Shown here piece after piece: positions 37,090-49,892 of a stretch of 64,000 nt of DNA; position 1 is the first letter of the stretch, and each line of letters begins with the position of its first letter. Origin of the DNA: an uncultured Spirochaetales bacterium (GTDB taxonomy: Bacteria > Spirochaetota > Spirochaetia > CAYRYS01); contig CAYRYS010000003.1 of NCBI GenBank assembly GCA_964428555.1, positions 95 through 64,094 on the forward strand, given 5' to 3'. The notes under the pieces are model-generated. The model was not told where the DNA came from. It saw only the letters and a list, made by a program, of their open reading frames with translations, and searched no databases. Made by a program: the position numbers and the translations under genes.

Positions 37090-38154
37090 TTAATTCTCCA
37101 GTTCGTTTGCTAGTTGGTTGAGAAGCTGTGCACGAACGTCAAGGGCGCGTGCCTTTAAGGCAAGCAATTCATCATTATAGCTGTCAGTGTCAGTTGTTTG
37201 AGTTGAAGTATCTTCTGTGTCTGATCTGCTTGACTCTTGAGATCGGCTTTGTGTATCTGTGGTTTGAGCCTGATCCTGCACCTGGGCAAGAGATGATTGT
37301 GTCTGCCGTAGAGACTGATTTGCTGTTTCGAGCTGAGACTGAAGGTTTTCAATACTGCTTTCTAAACTGGAGACTTGGTCCTCTAAAACTTCAATTCTAG
37401 ACTCCCGTAATGAAATAGTGTTTCGAAGCTCCTGGATTAAAGAATCAGTATCTTGTTGTGCTAATGTTGACAAGCGGCGTTGGTAGGAAGCAATAGCCTG
37501 TTCATAGGTACGCTCTCTTCTCTGATATTCTTCCTGTGCCTGGATTGCTTCTTCATGGCTCCAATTTAGGAGTTGCAATAGCTGCTCTTCCCTCCTAGAA
37601 AGATCTATTAAGGAAATCTTATAGTTTGCAGCCTCAACCTTAAAGCTTTCAGGATAGTTTTGTACAACTTCATGAAAAACAAGGCGTGCTTCATCAATGC
37701 GGCCAAGCTCAAATAGGCTTTCTCCGATCCAGTAAAGGGCATTTGCAGCAAAGGGGCTCTGAGGATAGTCTTCTAAAAATGCACGTAAAGACAGGATTGC
37801 AGATTCATAATTATCCTGAAGATAAAGAAGTCTGCCCTGCTGATACAGCGCTTCAGGATAATTAGGGTTATCCTGGTAATTATTGAGAAAAAACGCCAAG
37901 TTCCGTTCAGCTTCGTTATATTGGTGCAGTGCTAGATAAGATTTTGCTATCCAGAAATAGGCACTTCCATGATACTCCTGAACAGAGGAGTCTAATACGA
38001 TCTCCCGGAAACTAAGGAGTGCTTCAGAATACTGGGAATTCTGGAAATAGTTCAAACCTTCCTGCATATTTTCGGGAATAGCAGGTGTTTGTGCTGCAAT
38101 GCAGAAGCTGAGAAAGAGGAAAATTAGTATAAAAATGTGTTTAATATTCTTCAT
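37090..38154 (-). CDS. Secreted TPR protein (YbgF-like) with a long C-terminal coiled coil and a Q/S/T-rich tail
   Basis: Signal peptide, TPRs (ALYQQGRLLYLQDNYESAILSLRAFLEDYPQS...ANALYWIGESLFELGRIDEA), then a ~150-aa coiled coil. Its stop lies 1 nt from the next gene. Confidence 0.55.
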   Translation of the reverse strand: MKNIKHIFILIFLFLSFCIAAQTPAIPENMQEGLNYFQNSQYSEALLSFREIVLDSSVQEYHGSAYFWIAKSYLALHQYNEAERNLAFFLNNYQDNPNYPEALYQQGRLLYLQDNYESAILSLRAFLEDYPQSPFAANALYWIGESLFELGRIDEARLVFHEVVQNYPESFKVEAANYKISLIDLSRREEQLLQLLNWSHEEAIQAQEEYQRRERTYEQAIASYQRRLSTLAQQDTDSLIQELRNTISLRESRIEVLEDQVSSLESSIENLQSQLETANQSLRQTQSSLAQVQDQAQTTDTQSRSQESSRSDTEDTSTQTTDTDSYNDELLALKARALDVRAQLLNQLANELEN

Positions 38155-38253
38155 GTGTAAATCCTACCCTTTTTATATTCGACTTCTTCTAAGTATAACT
38201 CAAGTGTATATCCTGCAATAGATAAAAAATCCATGAATATAGAGACTAATACA

Positions 38254-38916
38254 CTATTGTTTGCCGCGTAGAAGACGAACCTCTTTTTGAGGGTCCTCAG
38301 CTTTAAAAAATGCTGAACCTGAAACAAGAACATCAGCACCCGCATTGTGCAGGTCCGCTGCTGTAGAGGTGTTAACACCGCCGTCAACTGAAATGGTAAA
38401 ATCAAGGTTATGCGACTTACGGTAGCTATCTAGTTCGCGTATTTTTTCCACGCATTGGGGGATAAGTTTTTGCCCTCCGAATCCCGGATTTACTGTCATT
38501 ACGAGGATGAGATCGATAAACGGAAGCATCTCTTTTACAGCACTAACGGATGTGGAAGGTACAATAGAAATACCTGCGTTTACTCCAAGCTCTTTAATGT
38601 TCTGCATAATTCTATGCAGATGTACCTCTGACTCATAATGTACAGTAATAGAATCAGCTCCGGCATTTACAAAATCCTGGAGGAATCTGCTTGGGTTTTC
38701 GATCATAAGGTGGACATCCAGTGGAAGTACTGTATGTTTTCGAAGGTCTTCAATGAATTTTGGGCCAAAGGTAATATTCGGAACAAAGTGACCATCCATG
38801 ACATCAAGATGGATCCAGTCTGCATCTGAATATTCTATCCGTTTAATCGCGTTTTCAATATTGGAGAAATCTGCGGAAAGTATTGATGGTGCTATAATAA
38901 TTCTATCTCTTTTCAT
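38254..38916 (-). CDS. rpe: Ribulose-phosphate 3-epimerase
   Basis: IAPSILSADF, HLDVMDGHFVPN, TVNPGFGGQK motifs. Confidence 0.95.
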   Translation of the reverse strand: MKRDRIIIAPSILSADFSNIENAIKRIEYSDADWIHLDVMDGHFVPNITFGPKFIEDLRKHTVLPLDVHLMIENPSRFLQDFVNAGADSITVHYESEVHLHRIMQNIKELGVNAGISIVPSTSVSAVKEMLPFIDLILVMTVNPGFGGQKLIPQCVEKIRELDSYRKSHNLDFTISVDGGVNTSTAADLHNAGADVLVSGSAFFKAEDPQKEVRLLRGKQ

Positions 38917-39165
38917 AATGCTATAATATATGATTTAACCTGTTATTTGCAATGAATTGTTGCCTAAAATCGCTATATATTCGCGGTTTTTGTAAATGAA
39001 ATCCAAAGCTTTTGATTTGTAAAAACAAACCAGAGAAGATACAAGTCTGATTTTATTGGAGATTAGATACCAAACTTTACCAAATATTAGGCTAATATCA
39101 ATTAATCTTCAGGTGATTGTAGGATTTTCATAGTTTGAATTGCATTAACAGAACTTTTCATCTGC

Positions 39166-39195
39166 TTGTCACGCTAGGTTAAAACATGATATACT
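39166..39195 (+). promoter_or_regulatory. Putative sigma-70 promoter TTGTCA-18nt-TATACT upstream of the 39225 gene. An additional extended -10 TGTATAAT lies at 39207-39214.
   Basis: Read directly in the divergent intergenic region. Confidence 0.3.
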
Positions 39196-39224
39196 GTGTA
39201 CAAATTTGTATAATATAGAGAAAT

Positions 39225-40178
39225 ATGCAGGATATACAACCGAACTCAGAGAATGAGAATATACAGAAAAAGCTTCTGTCTGCTTACGAAAAGATGAAAG
39301 AAGCAAAATATACAGAAGCAATCAATCTGCTTGATAATGCCTTATCAATCGATTTCGAGCACTGCGAGACTCTGTCTGCCCTTAAGTGTGCGAACTTCTG
39401 GAAGGACCGCCAGGAACAAGCTGAGTCAATCCGTGATTTATTTGATAAGGGGGAATACCTAATTGCACAATGGGACAAGTTTGAAAGCTTTATTGAACAG
39501 ATAGGCGGCGCTTCTGACCAATGTGTTATTGCAATTAAGCATAGTGTGTTCGGACAGGCGCTCCAGGCGTATGAACACTTAATTCAGGAAAGCGGGGGTA
39601 TTGATCCTGAGATATACATGCGTGCAGGAAGGTGTTACAAGGCTATTGGTAACTATGAAAAAGCACTTGAATGCTATGAAAATGCAATGCAGCAGAAACG
39701 GGATGATGCGGGAATACTTGCTGAGCTAGCGGATGCGTATGCACTGGTTAATGAATTGCGTTTTTCCAAAGCTTTTTTTCGAGAAGCCTTTTATCTCAAC
39801 CCACAGGGGATTGATTTGAGTAAACTTGAATCAGGAATGATCGGAAGGCTGATCGAAAAGGTAAAAGAAAGAGGATTTACAGGACAGGAAATTGCTGAGT
39901 GGATACCAGTTTATGGTGTTCTTTTCGGTGTTTTCAATATAAAGCGTGAACTCAGGCCAATTGAGCTCGGAAAACTTAAACAATCTATATATGCACTTGA
40001 AACTGAAGTGCGTGAAGGTCGTGAAAATGCCGGGTTTCTTAAACCCAGGCTTATTAACAGATATTTTTGGCTCATTGATCATTATATGGCCAAAAAAGAA
40101 GATAGAAAAAAGATAGAAGAAGTTTTACTCAAACTACAAGAAATTGACCCTGCAGTACATAGGGACTATACGAATTAA
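39225..40178 (+). CDS. Hypothetical TPR-like helical protein (317 aa)
   Basis: TPR-like repeats (YMRAGRCYKAIGNYEKALECYENAMQ, LAELADAYALVNELRFSKAFFREAFYLNP). No catalytic motifs. Confidence 0.45.
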   Translation: MQDIQPNSENENIQKKLLSAYEKMKEAKYTEAINLLDNALSIDFEHCETLSALKCANFWKDRQEQAESIRDLFDKGEYLIAQWDKFESFIEQIGGASDQCVIAIKHSVFGQALQAYEHLIQESGGIDPEIYMRAGRCYKAIGNYEKALECYENAMQQKRDDAGILAELADAYALVNELRFSKAFFREAFYLNPQGIDLSKLESGMIGRLIEKVKERGFTGQEIAEWIPVYGVLFGVFNIKRELRPIELGKLKQSIYALETEVREGRENAGFLKPRLINRYFWLIDHYMAKKEDRKKIEEVLLKLQEIDPAVHRDYTN

Positions 40179-40203
40179 TTTTTTGCTACCAGGAGATGAG
40201 GGA

Positions 40204-42891
40204 ATGGCTGAAGGTATTGTAAAGAACATACAGGAACAGTTAAATGAAGAGAAATGGACACGGGCAACATTAAATAGCTATACAATAAGCAATTTTAAAG
40301 AGCTAGACGAGATTATTAATGAAACCTTTGAGTCTGACCAGGAAGATGAGGTAAAAGATATTTGCGATGAACATCTGGCGCATACGAAGAACAGTATCAT
40401 TGCATTGTATATTTCCGGCATTATTGCCCTGAGCAGACAAATTGTGGATGATGCTAATCTTATACGTCTTATTCACATTTTTATGGATAATCATAAATGG
40501 AAAATCGTTGAATTCCTATGTAAACGAATTCTCGATTTCGGGGAAAACAGATACGCCTTACGTACACTTGCCGAGTGCTATAATAATGAAAGTCAAGAAG
40601 ATGAAATGTACGAAGTCTGGGAACGTCTTATCCGGGTAGATTATGAAGAAACTGAAATTGTCAGACACCTTGCAGAACGGAAAGAAGAAGAAAATGATAT
40701 TGAAGGCGCAATTGAATATTATAAAAAAGCAATACACCGCTATATAAACAAAAAGCAGTTTGCAGCGGTAAAGGATATATGGGCAAAGCTCATTGAGTAC
40801 TGTCCTGAAGAAATAGATTTTTTCTACCATATTGAAGCAAAAATCGCGAAGGTCTTAAGTGAAGACAGAGCAGCCCAGCTGCTTACTGATCTCTACCCTG
40901 TGTATAAGGAAAAAAAGAAGTGGTCAACAAGTGTGGAAATACTGAAAAAAATACTGGAGTATGATCCGAAAAACACTTGGGCAAGATCGGAAATTGTTTT
41001 CTGCTACAGGCAAATGCATGCTGATCACAGCCAGCTGGAAGAATATATTAAGCTTTCAAATCTGAACCAGAACTGGAGAAATGTTCATGATGCGATTGCT
41101 GATTTTGAAAAGCATATTTCTTTTGATAAGGGAAATTTTGTTTATCACCGTACATGGGGAATCGGGAGAATATCCTCTATTGAAGATGATACAATTGTTG
41201 TAGATTTTGCCAGAAAACGTGGACACGAAATGTCTCTAAAAATGGCAGTAAGCGCATTGACTGTGCTTGCAAAAGAGCATATTTGGGTGCTGCGTAGTGT
41301 ACTGAAAAAGCAGAAACTTCACGATAAGGTGAAAAAGAATATTGCCTGGGCGCTGAAGATGATTATAAAGAGCTTTGATAATGAAGCTGATATGAAGCGA
41401 ATAAAAACAGAGCTTGTTCCAGGAGTACTTACTCAAGGAGAGTGGTCATCTTGGAGCACTGAAGCCCGTAAAATACTAAAAACAAATCCTGCTTTTGGCA
41501 CGCACCCGGAAAAACCGGATAAATACATGGTACGTAATAAGCCCATGTCTTTTGAGGAAAAACTCTATAATAAGTTTAAGGCGGAGCGAAATTTCTTTGG
41601 CAGGATTAGTACATTACAGGAATTTATTGGCTATAAGAATGCAGATGTTGACTCAGAGTATTTCGCGGAAATGTTCTCCTATTTTACTACATTTCTAAAA
41701 TCATACTCCACTGTAAATGAGAATATTATTTGTTCCTTTTTAATAGTTAATAAGATTGTTAATATTTATCCATATTTAGGCAGAGAACTGAATGTAAACT
41801 TCAGAGAACTGTTTCAGCAGATAAAAAGTGTTGAAGACATTTTCCAAAAAATTGAAAATACTGAGCTAAAAAAGGATTTTCTTGCACTCATCCGGAGAAA
41901 TGTAGCTTCCTGGCCTATGTTTTTTATACAGCTGTTCCCTTACTATATGTCACGGTATATTATCGATACATTAAAAGAAGGGGGCAAGCAGGAAGAGCTT
42001 AAAGAACTCGTTATTAGAATGTACGATAATTACCGCGAATTCCGTGAACCCTTTGTATGGCTTGTACGGAATGTACAGGAAGAAGAATGGTTTCAAGAGA
42101 TTAACATTCCGTTTGAAAAACTTCTCATCTGTATGATCCATCTTCTGGATATTACTTTTAGGGAGATAAATAACAGACGGGATGTAAGTCTAAATAGGAA
42201 GATTAATAAGCAGATACAAACCTATCTGTTAAAAGAAGACCACCTGAAGAACTATATTGCTCAAGCAGATGAAGAGGCTATTACTAGGCTTTATACCCTT
42301 GTAAGTGACATTAAAGACCTTGATGCTGCATTGAAAATCGAACTTCGCCATACAATTATTGAGAGGTTCCCGGATTTTAAATTCCTCGGCGAAGAGGAGA
42401 AGGAAAGTGTTAGCAGGAGACTCCTTGTTACAGCAGAGAGCTATGAAAGAAAACAATCTGAGCTTCGGCACATCCATGAAGTAGAAGTACCGGAAAACTC
42501 CAAAGAAATTAGTGAAGCACTCCAGCATGGAGACCTTCGTGAGAATGCCGAATATAAAGCAGCAAAGGAAAAACAGGACATGCTGAACAATGCGGCTGCA
42601 AAGCTGAAAGAAGAGATTGAAAAAGCACAGATATTCGATAAGAAGAGCATTGATACTTCGAAGATTTCATTTGGAACTGTTGCTAAACTAAAGAATCTTG
42701 ACTCAGGTGAATCCGAGGAATATACACTTCTGGGACCATGGGAATCTAATCCGAATGAAAATATTATCTCCTATCTTTCGCCACTGGGTAATGAATTATG
42801 GGGACACACTCAGGGCGAGGAACTGGAATTCGTAATAAATGAAAGGAAATTTCATTATCTCATAGAGAAAATATCTCAGGCAAAACTTTAA
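40204..42891 (+). CDS. greA: Long-form transcription elongation factor GreA: ~750-aa N-terminal extension of unknown function plus a C-terminal GreA/GreB module
   Basis: The C-terminal ~150 aa carry LQHGDLRENAEYKAAKEKQDML (Gre coiled-coil) and an FKBP-like domain ISYLSPLGNELWGHTQGEELEF. ATG at 40204 with a GGAGATGAGGG RBS. The track start at 40144 overlaps the upstream gene. Confidence 0.7.
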   Translation: MAEGIVKNIQEQLNEEKWTRATLNSYTISNFKELDEIINETFESDQEDEVKDICDEHLAHTKNSIIALYISGIIALSRQIVDDANLIRLIHIFMDNHKWKIVEFLCKRILDFGENRYALRTLAECYNNESQEDEMYEVWERLIRVDYEETEIVRHLAERKEEENDIEGAIEYYKKAIHRYINKKQFAAVKDIWAKLIEYCPEEIDFFYHIEAKIAKVLSEDRAAQLLTDLYPVYKEKKKWSTSVEILKKILEYDPKNTWARSEIVFCYRQMHADHSQLEEYIKLSNLNQNWRNVHDAIADFEKHISFDKGNFVYHRTWGIGRISSIEDDTIVVDFARKRGHEMSLKMAVSALTVLAKEHIWVLRSVLKKQKLHDKVKKNIAWALKMIIKSFDNEADMKRIKTELVPGVLTQGEWSSWSTEARKILKTNPAFGTHPEKPDKYMVRNKPMSFEEKLYNKFKAERNFFGRISTLQEFIGYKNADVDSEYFAEMFSYFTTFLKSYSTVNENIICSFLIVNKIVNIYPYLGRELNVNFRELFQQIKSVEDIFQKIENTELKKDFLALIRRNVASWPMFFIQLFPYYMSRYIIDTLKEGGKQEELKELVIRMYDNYREFREPFVWLVRNVQEEEWFQEINIPFEKLLICMIHLLDITFREINNRRDVSLNRKINKQIQTYLLKEDHLKNYIAQADEEAITRLYTLVSDIKDLDAALKIELRHTIIERFPDFKFLGEEEKESVSRRLLVTAESYERKQSELRHIHEVEVPENSKEISEALQHGDLRENAEYKAAKEKQDMLNNAAAKLKEEIEKAQIFDKKSIDTSKISFGTVAKLKNLDSGESEEYTLLGPWESNPNENIISYLSPLGNELWGHTQGEELEFVINERKFHYLIEKISQAKL

Positions 42892-42904
42892 ATTGTAATT
42901 GAAT

Positions 42905-44725
42905 ATGAAAAAAAGTATATTATTTTTTTGTGTAGTCCTAACTATACTATCCGCCTTTCCTGTGGGTGCGACTGAAACTGAAATGGTCGTACTCCTGGAT
43001 AGATCGGAAAGTCTGTTCTCTTTATATGATGAGGTGATTGATTACCTGTTCTCCCGGATTTTACGCAATTATCTGGATTATGGGGATTCATTTCACCTCC
43101 TTACTTTTGCCGGCCACCCTGAGGTTGAAATTACACAGGATATAACTTCCAGAAGGGATATAGAACAGGCATTGTCCCAAATTATGCTGATACACCCCCT
43201 TGGACAGCATACTGACTTTGTCTCTGCTTTACAGTTTTTATACCAGTATACCTACTCGCTTAGCCCGGACAGCAGAAAAGTAATAATTGTACTATCTGAC
43301 GGAATTCATGACCCTCCCCCGGGTAGTCCCTTTGAATGGCAAAGAGAACAGGTACTCGAAGAACTTTCTGAGATAGCCTCTGATATCCGGGCACAGGGGT
43401 GGGAGTTTCATTTTATTCGCTTTCCCCTAGGAAGCGAGGTAGCTATTGAATCGAATGTTGAGGAAGATGTAGCAGTTGAATCGGATGTCGAAGAAGATGA
43501 AGTAAATGAAACAGGCAGCCTGCAAACACGTGAACAGAATTATCCGGAAGCCAGGGATGATGAACAAACGAATTATAGCACCAGCAGTGAAGATTCAGGC
43601 ACAGTGTATTCTGATAATGAAGATGAAACTCGGACTGGCAGTCCACGTTCTGAGGATCCTCCACAACAGGAAGGGTCACAGCAGCCTGAAAACACTGGGA
43701 CTGAGATTCAGGATGAACAGGAGAGTACTCAGAGTACAGAGGGCATACAGGCTGAAGAAAGCGGTCAACAGGACGATTTCTCAGAGGAATTCTCCGAATA
43801 TATGAATATTCCGTTAATCGAATATGCTGAGGAAGACCCTGAAGAGATAGCCTCCATTGCCTTAGCCGCTCTTGAACTTCAGTTTCCTGAAAACATAGGG
43901 CGGATCCCCTATTCTGCAGACCTTGAGTTTACACTCCTGAATTATGGAGAGGAAATACAGCTGGTTAGGCTCGAAGAGATTATATACGATCAACAGGATA
44001 TTCTTGAGCAACCTGTTTTTATTCGAGTTCCTGCAAATGAAACTCAAACCTTTCTTGCATCTGTGCAATTTCCAGAAGACCTACCTGCCGGACCGATTTC
44101 TCTTAAGCTCGAGACAGTATTCAGGGATAATGACAGGGTCTCTCCAACAGTAGGAAGAGTATCATTTATTCTTGATTCAGAGGCTGTACAAGCTTCAAGA
44201 ATCATGAACCATGCAGTACGAATTGCCCTTCCTGCTGTGTTTGTATTAGTAATTTTAGCAGTATTTATTCTCATGATCCGGCGGATCTTTAGTGAACGGT
44301 ATTCACTTATGGAAGGTGCGGCACATGAGACAATGAAAGAAGGACCGGATGAAAGGGGCGTTAGGCCATTGGAACTCCGTGTTGATGATCAAAATAGACA
44401 AATCGGAATGCGGAACATACATTACATTCCTGATGGAAATTCAATGTATGTGGGCTGTTCTGATCAGTTTATTATTTTTATTTATAAAGTACCTCACCGT
44501 ATTGCTGAAATACAGAGGCAGGATGAGCTGTTCATATTTAAACCGCTGAAGCAAGAATACTTTCCGGACATTGGGAATGAGCTTAAAGACTGTGTGAATG
44601 TTCCCATTAAAGTGAGAACAGAAGCTGGAAAAGAGTTTTATATACGGTTTATTCCTTATGTTTCTCAACTGGAAGAAATTAACCGCATACTCTCTTTGAC
44701 AAGAAAGCCAGGAAAGCAGATCTGA
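42905..44725 (+). CDS. VWA-domain transmembrane protein: signal peptide, periplasmic VWA, acidic linker, single TM, ~150-aa cytoplasmic domain
   Basis: MIDAS VVLLDRSESL plus IIVLSDG. D/E/S/T/Q-rich linker. TM ALPAVFVLVILAVFILMI. ATG at 42905 (the track's TTG is at 42899). Confidence 0.6.
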   Translation: MKKSILFFCVVLTILSAFPVGATETEMVVLLDRSESLFSLYDEVIDYLFSRILRNYLDYGDSFHLLTFAGHPEVEITQDITSRRDIEQALSQIMLIHPLGQHTDFVSALQFLYQYTYSLSPDSRKVIIVLSDGIHDPPPGSPFEWQREQVLEELSEIASDIRAQGWEFHFIRFPLGSEVAIESNVEEDVAVESDVEEDEVNETGSLQTREQNYPEARDDEQTNYSTSSEDSGTVYSDNEDETRTGSPRSEDPPQQEGSQQPENTGTEIQDEQESTQSTEGIQAEESGQQDDFSEEFSEYMNIPLIEYAEEDPEEIASIALAALELQFPENIGRIPYSADLEFTLLNYGEEIQLVRLEEIIYDQQDILEQPVFIRVPANETQTFLASVQFPEDLPAGPISLKLETVFRDNDRVSPTVGRVSFILDSEAVQASRIMNHAVRIALPAVFVLVILAVFILMIRRIFSERYSLMEGAAHETMKEGPDERGVRPLELRVDDQNRQIGMRNIHYIPDGNSMYVGCSDQFIIFIYKVPHRIAEIQRQDELFIFKPLKQEYFPDIGNELKDCVNVPIKVRTEAGKEFYIRFIPYVSQLEEINRILSLTRKPGKQI

Positions 44726-44729
44726 TCTG

Positions 44730-46106
44730 TCAGAGTTCCTCAAGTGCAGCTAATGCTGTTCTGCGCACCATTGGGTGGTATTCTTCAGATGTAAAGTTCT
44801 CCACTCTTGGTTTTAAACTAGAAAACCTATTTCTGCGAATTCCCCGAAGGCCGTGTATCTGGATAGTAAATTCTGAATGATCGAGCATCAAAGCGAAAAT
44901 GTCTTGAAGTCCAGATGCCTCTTCAAGAGAAAGGTATCTGCAAAGCACTTCTCTTAATCGGGATTCGTCTTCTTCCCAGACATTTTCCAATAGCTGTTCA
45001 AAAATAGGAATTGAATCTGAAAGATCATTATTTATAAGAGAACGGACAATTACTTCCCGTAAATGATCAGGCTTATCATCATCCAAAAGATACTCATGCA
45101 GGTATTCTATTGCTTGGGATGAATGGATCTGAGCAAGTGTTTCAATTGCAGACCTTCGAACAGATTCCTCTGGGTCGCGCTCCACTTTGTATTGCAGCAT
45201 CGGCACTGCTTCCTCAGCATCTTCTCTGCGTAACGCTTCAGAGGCGGCAAGCCTGACTCTGGCGTTTGAGTCCCGCATTGCCTGAAGAATGACTGGTATT
45301 ACCCTATCTTCAGAAAATTCTCCTAATGCTGCAATTGCGTATGCCCTGAGCATTGCGTCCCCTTCTCTGTATGCTTCAACAAGCGGATCAATTGCTTCAG
45401 GATTCCCTATCATCCCGAGAGATGTACAGGAAAATCTTCGCCATATAGCTTCTTCATGCGGGTTATCTAAGATATCGATTAATAAAAACAAGGCATCCTC
45501 CGTTTGTATCTCTCCAAACGCAAGGATAATATTTGATTTAATTTCATCCGTAATATCGTAATCATCGAACAGTTCGAATAAGTGTTCAACCGTTGACTCA
45601 TTACCAATAGTACCTAAGGCACGGATTGCTGCACTTGCAACAGCTTCATGTTCGAGTTCTGATACATTCATTAGCAGTTCACGGGTCTGGTCAGTTGCTA
45701 TTTCATTATCAGCAATATATGAGATAGAAGCCAGATACAACCGCGAATCAGATTCATTGAAATATTCGTAAGTCTGCAATACTTGGACTGGAAGGTCTAC
45801 CGCTTCGCTGTAGTCTATTGCAAGAAAAAAGCTCAGTATCTTTTCGCGAAGTTCAGAATTTCCGGTTTGCTGAAATAACTCTTCAAGTTCATTGTTTAAG
45901 GCCATCTCTCTTTCTGATTCTAAAGTGTCAATTAATTCAATAATTTGCGAATCAATACCATAGAGTATTGTTTCTCTCCACTCTTGAACAATGGACTGAA
46001 CCTCCTCGTCTTCTTCGTCGTCAGAGTCGTCTGACTGAGAAAATAAAGGGGTCTGCAGTAAGAAAAGGATCAGTACTAGTAAAATAGTATTATATTTCAT
46101 ATTCAC
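44730..46106 (-). CDS. Secreted HEAT/PBS-lyase-repeat protein
   Basis: Signal peptide MKYNTILLVLILFLLQTPLFSQ. Repeated ~30-aa units (VRLAASEALRR, VRRSAIETLAQI, AIRALGTIGN). The start is GTG at 46106 or ATG at 46100. Confidence 0.55.
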   Translation of the reverse strand: MNMKYNTILLVLILFLLQTPLFSQSDDSDDEEDEEVQSIVQEWRETILYGIDSQIIELIDTLESEREMALNNELEELFQQTGNSELREKILSFFLAIDYSEAVDLPVQVLQTYEYFNESDSRLYLASISYIADNEIATDQTRELLMNVSELEHEAVASAAIRALGTIGNESTVEHLFELFDDYDITDEIKSNIILAFGEIQTEDALFLLIDILDNPHEEAIWRRFSCTSLGMIGNPEAIDPLVEAYREGDAMLRAYAIAALGEFSEDRVIPVILQAMRDSNARVRLAASEALRREDAEEAVPMLQYKVERDPEESVRRSAIETLAQIHSSQAIEYLHEYLLDDDKPDHLREVIVRSLINNDLSDSIPIFEQLLENVWEEDESRLREVLCRYLSLEEASGLQDIFALMLDHSEFTIQIHGLRGIRRNRFSSLKPRVENFTSEEYHPMVRRTALAALEEL

Positions 46107-46121
46107 CTCGAACCTGGTTAC

Positions 46122-49888
<3,767 letters not shown>

Positions 49889-49892
<4 letters not shown>

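Noticed and set aside
38151-38405. 84-aa minus-strand ORF spanning the gap between the TPR gene and rpe
   Set aside because: It overlaps the rpe 3' end out of frame and crosses an intergenic region. It has no RBS or motif.
39121-39150. Possible sigma-54 promoter (GG...TTGCAT) in the rpe divergent region
   Set aside because: The GG to GC spacing is 18 nt rather than the required 10.
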